DNA of 64,000 nt from Octopus sinensis (GCF_006345805.1 NC_043003.1:34906001-34970000), one strand, 5' to 3'. Counted from the first letter of the stretch, positions 40,653 to 54,527 are shown. Numbers and translations are program-made. Notes: a model not told the origin generated them from the letters alone.

Positions 40653-41809
40653 TATATATGTGCGTTAGTGTGTGTGTATGTGTGTTTGTGTGTGTGTGCG
40701 TGCGTGCTTGCGTGTTCACTACATGTGGAACGTATGTATGTTAATTGAGAGAAATTCAAGGGCAAAATGACAACGCAACTGACCGTTTCATCCCATACTG
40801 AAGATTTTCTGCCGAGATGAAACCGGTCAACCAGTACCTGCGATTATTTCAATAATATGAATGTTCGCGGTTGTATGCATTTACAGGTATGTGTGCATGC
40901 GCATGCTTAGGTTCCCATTCATACCTATCCATACTCATATATCAAGTATTTTTTACGTTCGTGTATGCGTGTCTTTATGAGTGCGGTTTTTCTGTATGTT
41001 GTTGAATTCGTGAGTCTGTAGCTCTCTATGTTTGTACGTGTGCTCATAAAGATATAAGCTTATTGAACACAAAGGCATATGTGAGGTTAAGTATTATGTG
41101 CACATTTATATATCATGTTTTTCTGGCTGAACAGTGAGTGAATAAAATATGTTGTGGCGTCTGCTTTTTGTTTGCATGATAACATAGGTATATTTGTATA
41201 CATAAGTGTACTGTGTGTGTCTGACGTTTAAGGTGACGGAGTTTTGCTGAGTGGGGAAAAGGGTAGGAAATTCTGAATAAAGGTATATTCTATTATAATA
41301 ACAAACAGACCAGCAAGAATTGTAATGGCTTCATCAATGTCGATTATTTTGCTTCTACAGTTTAGTCCGAGACAGAAAAAGACAAAAGATTAAATGTGAC
41401 GAAAAAATGATTTTCTTTCTTACAAATCTTTTTCTCTTATATTTTTCATTTTTAACGAGTTTTTTTTTTTTTGCTGTTTTATTTATTAATTTTCTTTTTT
41501 ACATTATGATATTTTCTTCATGTTGATAACACACAGAAGACAAAAAAAGAAAAAGATATCAACAAAGCAAAAATATAATAAAGTAAAAAATTCTGTTGAG
41601 AAATTAATACTAATCAATAAATGTTTATCTTTAAGCCTTTGTTATTATACTAATGTTGATCGATTAATTGAAAAAAAAAAAATCACGCTTTAACCAAAGA
41701 ATTTTTCGATCGATTTACTTATTTCATTCTATTATGTTTCTTTAATCAATTTTCCCGCCAAAATTTGTATTCTTTGGCAATCAGTCAACGATTATTGGTG
41801 CCACTCAAT

Positions 41810-41824
41810 CTACTACTACTACTG

Positions 41825-41910
<86 letters not shown>

Positions 41911-41971
41911 ACTACTAGAAGTTTTTAAAATAATGCCCATAATGTCAGTAGCAGCAGCAGTGGTGGTGGTG

Positions 41972-42007
<36 letters not shown>

Positions 42008-42011
42008 GTAA
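41810..42011. repeat. (CTA/CTG)n and (TAG/TGG/CAG)n tracts in inverted orientation
   Basis: Direct reading; ~30-nt spacer between the tracts. Confidence 0.9.
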
Positions 42012-42500
42012 GTTTAGATGCTGCGTTCACGATGTTAAGCAAGTGTTAAGAAACACAGGCAACATATATTCGACAACAGAGAGCTTCGATAATCATTACT
42101 ACTGATACTACAATGACGTCAACATAGTGACAACAAATAGGTATTTTTCTTCTGAGAGGAAAAATTGCATGTTCAATCCCACTTTGCTATCACGATTCCT
42201 TTTCAATTTTCATTTTCATTTTTCTCTTTCCCCTTCCTTTTTTCTTCCTATAATCTGCTAAGTATTACCAAGATAATTTAAGTTGAAATATCATGAGAAT
42301 ATACAATTGACATAATGTACCTTCTTTCTTTCTCACTCTGCCGACAGACATTTCTTTCTCTTTCTCCTCTCTCTCTTTCTGTCTCTCTCTCCCTTTCTCT
42401 GGCTTTTTCTCTCACAATCACTTTCATTTCGGATACATACATACTAACATACATACATACATACATACATAATATATATATATATATGTATATATATATT

Positions 42501-42594
<94 letters not shown>

Positions 42595-42980
42595 GTATGT
42601 ATATATATGGGTGTGTATATATATGTATATATGTGTGTGTGTATGTGTATGTATGTATATATGCATATTTATATATAGAAATGCAATCAAAAAGATTACT
42701 CACTTCATATATTAAATTTTATGTATTTCCTTAAAGTCGGCTAAACACTATTTAGTTTCGTAGAGTTTCACGTGTGGGTCGATCATTCAAGCCTGCCTCA
42801 AATTCCATAGATTCTCTGTTCAGCTATCGATTAGATCACACACTTTACGCACGCACATTTACAACATATACAGACACACAATACAATCTACACAAATATG
42901 TGTAAGTGTGTATGTATGAGTAGGTTTATATAAAAGTGTGCAAAAGTGTATATACCCAACCGAAATTGTGCATTTATATA

Positions 42981-43027
<47 letters not shown>

Positions 43028-43354
43028 TTGTGTGCATGTATGTGTGTATAAGATAGTATATCGTAAATACGAAATAACGAAACGTAACTAGCTTTATTTC
43101 AAAATGATTTCTGAAAATAAAACTAGGTGGTTATATTTAGTCAGTTCATATATATATAGTCAGTTCTTGTGTATATTCTAATAATCTATTAGTATATGTA
43201 AGCAGACTTAAACATACGACCGTTATACCTGGTAGCCTGAAGTGTTTGTTCATCGTGATATAAATCGTTGTGAGAATGGTTCCTTTTATTCTGTCAAATA
43301 TATGCTGTTCATACCTGGAGGTATCCAATTTACTGCTAATAGGTGCAGAACATA

Positions 43355-44000
43355 CAGTGTGCTCGGGCTAAGATATCTCATATCTCTTTCTTTCAGGAAT
43401 AGTTTTATAAATTGGGGAACAATCAACGCCATTGAAGAGAATACATATTAAAGTTGTATTTGTGAAAAAGTTAGTTAAAATGAATATTTGTAAGAAAGTT
43501 ACATGTATTATGATGCTTCGCTCCGGGTTTCAAAATGCCGACATCTGGACTACTGCGCAATGCTCTGTGAACAATGAAACCTTTGCCACTGGGGAGAGAT
43601 ACAGCAAGCGCTCTGAAAGCGTCTGCAAAAGAACTTATTCCCATACACTTCAACAGGGCCTTAGGCTGAATTCAGACATTTGCATCAAACTGCTGGAGAC
43701 CGTGGTCAGCCACGGTTTGAGAAGGTTACTGCTGGAGGGCAATATGAGCGGCAACAGATTTCGACACCTTAACATACCTCCGGAAAGAGTCAGAAGTGAT
43801 TGTCGGAGAATTTCTATTACTTCACCAGCCCCAATTTCTGGCCTCCTAATTCCCTCGAGCGTAACCCTATGGGACGCTATGTTGTGAAAGACACCAACTG
43901 CTCTCTATGCAGTACTTAGACCAAACTGTTGGTACCAAGATCAAGGAGGTGTTCGAACATCTTCCCACGGACATAGCGAGGAATGCAAACGCATTGAGGG
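43355..44000 (+). mobile_element. Decayed Tc1/mariner transposon, DD37D (maT)-like, internally deleted
   Basis: QGLRLNSDICIKLLETVV, then frameshift to PRFEKVTAGGQYERQQISTP*HTSGKSQK*LSENFYYFTSPNFWPPNSLERNPMG (WPPNSPDLNP motif). There are 37 residues between the two inferred Asp positions, both mutated in this copy. Possible TIR start TA|CAGTGTGCTC. Confidence 0.8.
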
Positions 44001-45326
44001 TGAGTGAACTATGGGAATGGAAACTAAGTTATTTTTTTAAACGTTGCCGGAAGCGAAACCTCGAATATACAGACATTTCAAAGAAGAAAATAAAAAGTAA
44101 AAAAAAAACATTTTGAAGACCATATACAATCAATACTGAATAAGCCAAGGCCTTATTGTTTTTCTATGTTTCTGCTTTGCTCAATCATTCTCGTTTCTTC
44201 CACCTCAATCTCTCTCTTTCTTAATATATGTGTGTGTGTGTGTGTATGCATGTATATATGTATGTATGTATATATGCATGTATGTATGTATGTATGTATG
44301 TATGTATGTATGTATGTATGTATGTATGTATGTATGTATGTATGTATTTATGTATGTATATATGTATGTGTTTATGTATGTATATTTCTGTGACATATTC
44401 AAATAAAATTCTTGAAAGTACTCTTGACTTCGCTACATTTGTTGATTTTAGCAGTTGCATTTGATCGGGTCACAATGCAGAAAATATTTGTAAATTGACA
44501 ACTAATGTCAGTATTATCTATTGTTACAGACTGCACGTTATCTGACCATAACATCTTAGTTGCGGATATAAGTGATATCAACGATGTGGGAATGAGTTCA
44601 TGATAGAATATGAAAGGGAGATAATTTCACGAACTATTAATCCGATTACTGTTGTAGTGTTCATATAGGATGTAAAACTTGTCCGATAGAGGTGAGTAGA
44701 TTCACTACCGCTTTCAGCTTGAGAACACTGGAGCTTAACTTTAATTTGCAATCGTCTTTAAAGATAAAAGACTCGATTCTTTCCTTTATAATTCTGGATT
44801 ATCACATCTTCCATATGGTACAGATGACGTTGTATAGTAAATAAGTTAATTTAGAATTTGCTGTATTTTATCTTTGATGTTAGTTAAAGCCAAATACCCA
44901 GTTGTAGTATTGTTATTACAGGCTTAATTAGAACCGACAAGTTGGTACAGCGGTAGTGTTCACGAGTAGAGATAATCTACTGAATGCTTTCCGATACTGA
45001 TTCCAATTCCCTTTTGGAGTTAGCGAGAAGTTTTCTTCTTTTAAATCGATAAATTTGTTTTCGGCAGCAAATAGATGGAAAAGAGTTAAAATTAATTTAC
45101 CATTTTCAAATAAGGAATTCAAAATTAAATATTTAAGAAAATATATTTTAGCGAGAAGTTCTAGAGATTAGTCATTTATATGTTACTGTATTTGAAGACA
45201 ATATTAATTCCATCATTATTAATAACACGAAGCAAAAATCTAAATATTGTTAGAAACACATAAAATTCCTAACAATAACAAGTGTAACTGTATTGTGGTT
45301 TTCTATTTAGTTATATGTTGAAAATT

Positions 45327-45721
45327 GTGGAGGCGCAATGGCCCAGTGGTTAGGGCAGCGGACTCGCGGTCGTAGGATCGCGGTTTCGATTCCCAGACCG
45401 GGCGTTGTGAGTGTTTATTGAGCGAAAACACCTAAAGCTCCACAAGGCTCCGGCAGGGGATGGTGGTGATCCCTGCTGTACTCTTTCACCACAACTCTCT
45501 CTCTCTCTTACTTCCTGTTTCTGTTGTACCTGTATTTCAAAGGGCCGGCCTTGTCACTCTCTGTGTCACGCTGAATATCCCCGAGAACTACGTTAAGGGT
45601 ACACGTGTCTGTGGAGTGCTCAGCCACTTACACGTTAATTTCACGAGCAGGCTGTTCCGTTGATCGGATCAACCGGAACCCTCGTCGTCGGAACCGACGG
45701 AGTGCTTCCATCCATCCATCC
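45327..45721 (+). mobile_element. SINE family C, full length, with a 14-bp TSD
   Basis: A-box TGGCCCAGTGG, B-box GGTTTCGATTCCC and a (CCAT)n tail. Flanked by ATATGTTGAAAATT at 45313-45326 and 45722-45735. Confidence 0.92.
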
Positions 45722-45824
45722 ATATGTTGAAAATTATTGCTACATATTCGGGAGATGTAGGACCGAGTTCTATAGGAAGCGTTTGATTATTATTATTATT
45801 ATTAGTAGTAGTAGTAGTAGTAGC

Positions 45825-45857
<33 letters not shown>

Positions 45858-46373
45858 GGTGGTGATGGTGGTTGTGGTGGTGGTGGCAACAGGATGTTGC
45901 CTTGCTAGTTTTTAACCGCAGACCCTAACCCATCGGATATTTTATCAATGCAATGTAGTCATAACTATTCATTGTACATCTATGACTACATTTTCCAATG
46001 TGCCCATCCTTTGAAAGAGGAACAATTAGCTGCTATTTTAAGCAAAGCTTCCTTGCTTGTACATAAAAGTATGTAGGAATAATTTGATTTCCTGAAACAA
46101 TGAGAAACTATGGTAAAGTCCGAGGCATATATAGAAGACACACACATGTGTGCAGGTGTTTGTATGTGTGTGTATATATGTATGCATATATCTCTCTCTC
46201 TCTATATATATATACATATATATATCTATATATACATATGTATGTATATATATATATATATATATATCCATATATATATATATTATTCTGACGATGTTTG
46301 TTAAATGGAACGAGATAAATGTTTGTATGTATATATACATATATATATATATGTGTGTATATATGTATGCATG

Positions 46374-46407
<34 letters not shown>

Positions 46408-46543
46408 CGTGTGTGTGTGTGGGTCTGTGTGTGTATACACACACACACACAGAACCACCACTCCTTCCAATAGCTTTAGACATGTAGACAGGCAGAGAAA
46501 TAAAATCTTAAAGAAAACGTATATAAAGGTGGGAAACAGCGAC

Positions 46544-46620
46544 AGTGAGGGAGTGAGTGAGTGAGTGAGGGAGTGAGTGAGTGAGTGAGTGACTGAGTGA
46601 GTGACTGAGTGAGTGAGTGA
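46544..46620. repeat. (GAGT)n microsatellite
   Basis: Direct reading. Confidence 0.9.
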
Positions 46621-47141
46621 AAGAGTAAAAGAAAGAGAGAGAGAGAAACAAGCTAAGACAAGAGGAATGATTGAGAAACAAAGAGTGTTGGCTAGAGATG
46701 TAGTCAAAGACAGAATGGCGTAGGAAACAAGTTGAAAGGAATAAATGAAATAGCCAAAAAAGACCTAAGACTATCAATCGTCTTGAAGTAAATGTGTCAC
46801 CTGGGGAAATGTAAACTTGTTAAGGGACATGTTTTTCCTCATAGGAATCAATGAATGGAAAGTGTGCTTTTGCAATACCATTCCTCGTTCTCTCACCTTC
46901 GCCCAAATCTTTCTATTTCTCTTCTCTCGAAATACTTTCCTATTTTCCTCAAACTTTATTTATTTTAACATTTTATTTTGTTTGTTTCTCACAACTGCTA
47001 TGTTTACTATCTTTCTCTATATCCCTCTCTCTCTCTCTTAATTTACTCATATCTTTTATTTCAGTTTATTTCAATATATATATATATATAGGAGAGAAAG
47101 AACTATAGAACTGAAAGAACTGAAAGACCACACTCTTTCAC

Positions 47142-47198
<57 letters not shown>

Positions 47199-48116
47199 AG
47201 AGAGAGCTGTCTTTCAATTCTATAGTTCTCTTGTACTTTGTTGCTTTCCCTCTAATATATCTCTGCTTACACACTCTCTATACATTTATATTTACTATGT
47301 CATTGCCAATCTCTTTCGCTCTCTCTCTCTCTCTCTCTCTCTATTTATCTATCGATATCTTTCTTTCAATGGTATCTCCGTTCTGTCTTCCACTACCCTC
47401 TCTTACATTTTCGACTTCCCCCGCACCATGCAGAAACATCAGTACAAATTACTGAGCTAAAGTCTGACTGACATACAAATTAACAAGACAGGCGAGCCAC
47501 GCACATAGACAAACGAATAAGCTTCAAGAGAGCGTGACGTGGCTTCTAGTCCGACAGAGAAACACTGCAAGACACAGAAAAACTTTAGAAGCTTGCCAAG
47601 CCGATGCAATTACTGAACGAATCCTAACCAGTGACGTTCTTTGCTTAATAAGACCTTCACCATTTTTATTTCCCAAAGGCCAAACTTTAATCGTGTGTCT
47701 CCATTTTATACACAACACAGACACAACACAAAAACATACAATAAAATGCAAACAACAAAAGCACACATAGAAGTGAAGCTCTTATTTAATTGTTATATTT
47801 CGTCTTTTTTGTCTTTTCTCTTTCTTTCATTTTTGGTTCTCTTTTATCTATTTTTTTTTTTCATCTGTATTCATCTGAAGGATTGCCTACCACTGAAAGA
47901 GTATTTAATAATTACTTCATCTATTTGTGCTCATGTTCGAAGCTTGCTGGCTTTACAAAAGATATTTTTAAAAAAGTCTTCTAAAAACAAGGAAGATCCT
48001 CGTATATTTGTACAAACTTCCATATACAAGCGATCGGACGACCTAGTAACACGTACACCACTGAATACATAAACTTAATGCATGCGTACAGATACGCCGA
48101 TATATGTACATACATA

Positions 48117-48201
<85 letters not shown>

Positions 48202-48310
48202 ATATATATAAATATATACATGCATGTATATGAGTGTCCATCTATATGCATCCAGGTTTAACTACATATCCATGTATGCGCCCATACCTATGCATAATTA
48301 CTTATATAAG

Positions 48311-48342
<32 letters not shown>

Positions 48343-48989
48343 TATGTGTGTGTGTATGTGCATTCACACACACACGCACACACATACACACAGACACACA
48401 CACATACATACACGCACAAGTAGACAAACACACAGACCTGTTGACAAATAGAGATATACGTGCAACGGCCACAAAGGAGCATAAGTTAATATATGCGTCT
48501 AAATGCAGGAATTAAGAAGGGATTTTCCTTTGCCAATATTTATTATTGGTACAATAAGTACCTATGCATACACAGAACTGCATGGTGGAATCCTAAATCC
48601 GAAAGAATAAAGGATTTGATTAACAACTCATTGCTTCCGAGTTCACATACTTGGTATATATTCATTCGTGTCTGGTGTCAAGCCTAGAAAATTTCAAACT
48701 ACCTGATATTAAGTCACTCGGAAAAAGCTCAACGAATTGTCGGTGAAAGTAACTTTGATAGATGAGACGGTTGCACACTTAAAAAATAGGCTTGTATTCC
48801 TTATTCTTAGATCTACTGTAGATAGCCGAAATAATCAAGATAAATTCGTACAGGTACGTAGGTTCGTATGTATGCATCTATTCACCTGTCTACCTTTATT
48901 GGTACGTATATATACATGTGTGACTACACCTTTGTGTTTTTGCATTGCTGCGTATATGAGCGGATTTGTGAGTGTGTATGTATGCATGT

Positions 48990-49031
<42 letters not shown>

Positions 49032-49124
49032 AGTCAATTTAGGGTAGCAAAAAAATTCAATAGAAATTTATCGCAACCAGCGGCCTGGTGGAAAAGAGAA
49101 AATAGTCATCGACTAAATATATAA

Positions 49125-49603
49125 ATATAACAATTTAGGAGTGACCCCAACAGGTCACTCGTCCACCAGAAAGAGCAGCCATAACTCACACCGCCAAGTA
49201 GTAGTAATTCAGAAATTAGGTGAAAATTTAAAAACATTTACCCTAATTCTTCTTTTAGACGTTGCAACGTTTACTGCTGATAAGTTTGGCGCGAATACGT
49301 CAGTCTTGAAAATTTTAAGTCAGATATCCCGTAGGCATCGATACAGACGCCTCGTGTATATTTGTCTCTCCCAGGTCTTTTACTGATGAAGTGTAACCTA
49401 TGGTAGATTGGCTTAATTTAATTTAATTAAGCTAATTTAATCATTAATGACACAGAAACGTTGCAACGTCTAAAAGAAGAATTAGGGTAAATGTTTTTAA
49501 ATTTTCACCTAATTTCTGAATTACTACTACTTGGCGGTGTGAGTTATGGCTGCTCTTTCTGGTGGACGAGTGACCTGTTGGGGTCACTCCTAAATTGTTA
49601 TAT
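49125..49603. mobile_element. Penelope-like inverted pseudo-LTR (foldback) with perfect 148-bp arms
   Basis: 49125-49272 is the exact reverse complement of 49456-49603; two ORF-track entries on opposite strands share the same peptide. The spacer is 183 bp, the element sits in (TA)n, and it contains a hammerhead motif. The Penelope assignment is inferred from architecture. Confidence 0.75.
49376..49477 (+). ncRNA. Type I hammerhead ribozyme motif
   Basis: Helix I TCTTTTA/TAAAAGA; core CTGATGA at 49383-49389; helix II closed by GTGT/ACAC; GAAA at 49455-49458; palindromic helix III ACGTTGCAACGT; GTC at 49468-49470. Confidence 0.75.
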
Positions 49604-50459
49604 ATATATATATATATATATATGCGTGTGTGTGTGTGTGTGTGTGCGTGCACACACACACACACACACACACCTTCCGACACGCGTACACACACGCGTA
49701 CACATATGCAAGCCTAATTATATAGGGTAAAGTGTATGCTTATCAAACATAGGTAATATATGTACTTTTTGATGAAATTTATCCACAGTCATTCTGTGCC
49801 AGTAGTTGGTAGGTAAAAATACCCACCGTCACCGCATGTACTGATATGGATATACATTAAATTATTTTCGTCATAATTACATTCGTCATAGCCAGGGAAG
49901 CCAGCACTCCTGATTAGTCGAAAGTGACCAGGCGAATGTCATCGAAAGGTTATGCCGCTTGATCCGAGTTCAAATCCTCTGCATGGACTCTTTAACAATT
50001 GTTATTTAGGAAGACTTTGCGTCCACCGAAGCTCTATGGAAGAAAATAAGTGATAACACACTAATTCTGCCTCAGGATTATTTTAAGTGAACGTGTGTTT
50101 GCGTCAACTGAGGCACTTAATACTTAACACGCAAATTCAATAAACTAAATATTCATTATTTAAATAGGATAATTCATGTATTTTCTGTTTGTGCAAAATA
50201 CACAGACACACACAAACACAGACACAAACACACACACACGCACTTACACGAACTCTCACATTTTTATATCTGTCTGTCTGTCTCTTAGGTTGTTTCTTTC
50301 CATATAGATGTGAAAATTAGAAATTTATTGCTAAAAAATGCTCTTTGCCTGCAGACCATCTATGTTATTGCTGTTGATACCATCAACTTGAAATTTTATC
50401 CACAGATGATATTAACTGTAGTGACATCTTATTTCAAATCTTAGTGCTTGAAAGTTTTG

Positions 50460-50556
<97 letters not shown>

Positions 50557-51860
50557 GTGTGTATGTGTGTGTATGTTTGTATGTGTGTGTATACATGTAT
50601 ACATATGTATGTATGCGTGTATGCACCCACACACACACATATATATATACAAATACATATATAATGCGCATATATGTGCATATTCCTTGACTATATATAT
50701 ATATATATATATATTATTATTCAGTTTCTTCATCGTTAAGTGTTTGGTGTTGCTCATCAGTTGTCTAATCAATCCTTATATGTGTGTTTCTGCAAGAGTA
50801 TGTTTTATATATACATACATGTATATGTGTGTGTGTAAGTGTGTGTATATATACACGCACACATATATATATATATACACACTCTTATACATATGAATAT
50901 ATGCATGTAAAAAGAAATATGTAATGAATATGCATATGTGTACATTGACATACATAAGTGCGTGTGACTGTGTGTCCATACATGTATGTATGCATGTGAG
51001 TGTACACATATGTATATTTGCAATTATGGAGATGATTGCATGCATGATCTGTATGTCTTTACTTAAGCATGTTTAAGCATACACATGTTTGCATGTCTAT
51101 TAACTACGTATATGCAGACATTGCATGCCAGACTTCATAGCGCTGTAATTTCCTAATTACTTGTGTCCTTTCTGGTTTTGTAAATTTTAGCTTCTCAAGG
51201 TTGAGCATGAAACAGCTGGTTACAAATACGTGAGCCTAATAATTAGAATGATAAATCTAAAACTATACAGAACTTGTGAAGTGTGGGAAGTTTTCATTAG
51301 TTCTCTATGTAGGTTTTAGTTTCCACTAAATTTATAAAATTATGTTAACATTTCCTGTGCATTGATTTCTACTAACCTGCGAAATTTTTTCTGTTATCTT
51401 AGAACAGTATATATGTTCTGCTCATCTTTCTCTAAGATATACGCTACTATTTTATTTTTCATCATATTGTAAGAAATTTTGTCCTTCACATCATTGTAAA
51501 TTTTTATACGCATAGCTTCAGAACACTCTTTCATTAAGATAGCTGTGTACAATCATCTAATCATTACGTAATGATTTGATACATTGTATCGGGGTGCCGT
51601 TTGAGGATATCAATTTAAGATCTGTGTGAAATATTTAGAGTTAATTCCCCAGCTATCTGCATTCGTCGTCGAATTATGTTTATCCTCATGTCTTTTGTGT
51701 ATTAAGAAATCCTTGCTTTTGTCTTAACCTTCACTTGTAAAAATATAACCTTCAATATATGTATGCGCTGTAGGGATATTCACACACTAATCATGCAATT
51801 ATAAATACCCACACCTACACCTACACATGCATATTACATATATATATATATATATGTACG

Positions 51861-51915
<55 letters not shown>

Positions 51916-51924
51916 ATATGTATG

Positions 51925-51981
<57 letters not shown>

Positions 51982-52513
51982 ATATATATATATATAGACA
52001 GAGAGGGGAGCGAAGTGAGAAGGAGATTTACTTGATAGAGAATGGATAAATTCTAGGGCGTAAAATAATCTGAAGTAATTTTAAGAAATCCTAAATTTAA
52101 TCACTGCTGGAGAAAGTGTGTTGAAATACAAAATTAGAGATAATTTTGATAGCTATGAAATGATTAAGAAGGCAAGCTTCAGATTACCGAAAGTGTGTTA
52201 CAGCTCCAAGTGAGTGTATCAGAAACAAGTGGGAAATGAAATTAGACTGACGGAGAAACCATGTGAAAGAATGGTATCAAACTGAACTGCTTGCAAGGCT
52301 CCTTCCATTTCCCCTGATCATAAACCTAATACACTATGTCCACTTACGTTTTAAGTTGTCATTTTTGTAACTCAAAATATATTTAAATTTCGACAAATAT
52401 GAAAAAAATGCGTATTGCGAGATGAGTGCATGAAGAGATAGATTCTCAAATAGCCAAATAAACATATAAACATAGAGTAATAAATACATAGAAATAAGTT
52501 CAAACATATACAA

Positions 52514-52587
<74 letters not shown>

Positions 52588-53460
52588 TATATTAGATTTC
52601 GTGTGATTGAAAACCTAACGTTTCATTGTTTGCATTTTTCTCAATTTAACCTTTTTACAATATTGTATATAAAGATAAGACAAGTACTTTAATCTTTTCC
52701 GCAATCTTCAGGTTTACAAAGTGGGAGTTTTGACCAACAGTTATGTTTGGGAACTGATAACTGTCCGAATGTACGGGTATATCTGTGCTCGTGTGTGTCT
52801 GAGAGAGAGAGAGAGATAGAGAGGGGGTGAGGGAGAGAGAGGAGAGAAGAGATGGTGTAATTTTACAATATCATTACAATGAAATCCCCCCTTGAGGAGC
52901 TCTGCACGATTGCGAATTCAAATGAAAAATCTGGGATTATATGGGGTTCATTTAAAGTCAGGTGTATAAAGGTGAACAGGATGTGATATACTTGAGGAGG
53001 CGAGTGATAATGTTTTGAGGTATGTTTTATATGGTTTCATATTGTAGCTGCAGCAAAAGTAAATTTTAATATTTTCGTCATTAAAATTTATAAGATATGG
53101 TTAGACAAATCACTTTATATATGTTGTTTGTCGTTTGGTCAAGAAATTAGATTTAAGCCTAAATAAAGTTAAAAGTATTGTAAATATTTTAATATTTATT
53201 AGGGCTGAAAGTTGCACCAATTTATGATTACTACAGTGATGAGATCACTTGTAGGGAAAAAATAATACAAAGAAACGAAAAGAAATTATAAACACAATGT
53301 ATTATTTTTTTTGCTAATGGCATGTTTATTTTGAAGACTATTTGAATTTGCGATTTCTTCCATTTCAAGTGGACCTTGTTTTGATTGCCATTTAGTCATC
53401 ATGATTCAACCACAAAATGCGGAGACAATTTGAATATATATGTGTCTGTATGTATGTAGG

Positions 53461-53503
<43 letters not shown>

Positions 53504-53581
53504 GCATGTAGGTATATATATATGTAGGTATGTATATATATATACGCATGTAGATATATATATATTACATATATGTAAATA

Positions 53582-53622
<41 letters not shown>

Positions 53623-54276
53623 ATATTGATTTGTGTGTGTGAGTGTATGGATGTATGTGTGTGAGTGTGTGTGTGTGTATGTGTATATATGCATACACGG
53701 ATATATATATATATGAACATAAAAATGACGACTAGAAAAAAAATGAGCTGGAAAAAAAAGTAATGCTGGAATTTAGAAGGTGCAAATTGTTAGGAATGGA
53801 TACAGAGCAGGTTAGAGAAATAGAGATGGAATAGAGTTAAAGGGAGAGAGAGGTGGGATAGAGACAGAATGCACAATAACTAAAGAGACAGTATAAACTA
53901 CGCAAAGAAAATAACAAATAGTAAAAATGATGAGCAAAAACTGCTCATTTTGCTAGCTTGCTGGTGTATTGGTTTGTGCGTGCGTGCGTGTGTGTGTGTT
54001 TCTTGATTACATGCATGTGCTTTTTGTATGGTGTGGTATCTAGGATGGTGTTAGGCAACACCTATGTGTGAATATAGTGACAATACTGTTTAGCCATGCA
54101 TTCCTAATCCCTGCTCTTAGAATTTGACAAGATCGTCATCAACTAAATCCCACATTCTGGACTACGACAATATCTTAATGAATGCGGATTAGTCTTAACA
54201 GCCCACCTAATAAACACTGGCATCGCTATCGGATGAAGCCAGATTGCTTAGCCCTGTGTGTTGTTCACAGAGAGCA

Positions 54277-54310
<34 letters not shown>

Positions 54311-54487
54311 GGAGAGGTGTATGACGGGGAGAATGAGTGGGGGAGGTGAAAAGAAAGTGAAACAGAAGTGTGTAATGGAATATAAAGGTTAGGAGGAAGA
54401 GAACAAATAAGCAAAATACATTGAATAGCAGAGAGATGGTGAATTAGATGTGAAATCTAGGAAGATGAAAGTAAGAGCAAATGAAGT

Positions 54488-54527
<40 letters not shown>

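Noticed and set aside
43432-43887. 151-aa ORF as a host gene
   Set aside because: It is a frameshifted read-through of a decayed DD37D-like transposase.
44530-44691. Plus-strand exon candidate (TTACAG| ... GAG|GTGAGT)
   Set aside because: Stops in all three frames and no other support.
45328-45405. tRNA gene
   Set aside because: A and B boxes are present, but I find no proper acceptor stem. The sequence continues into a SINE body with tail and TSD.
49273-49304. Second hammerhead core in the foldback spacer (CTGATAAG...CGAATACGTC)
   Set aside because: Both core boxes deviate from consensus and helix II is absent; too degenerate to call.
53240-53260. bantam-like TGAGATCA seed
   Set aside because: Only the seed matches; I see no hairpin.
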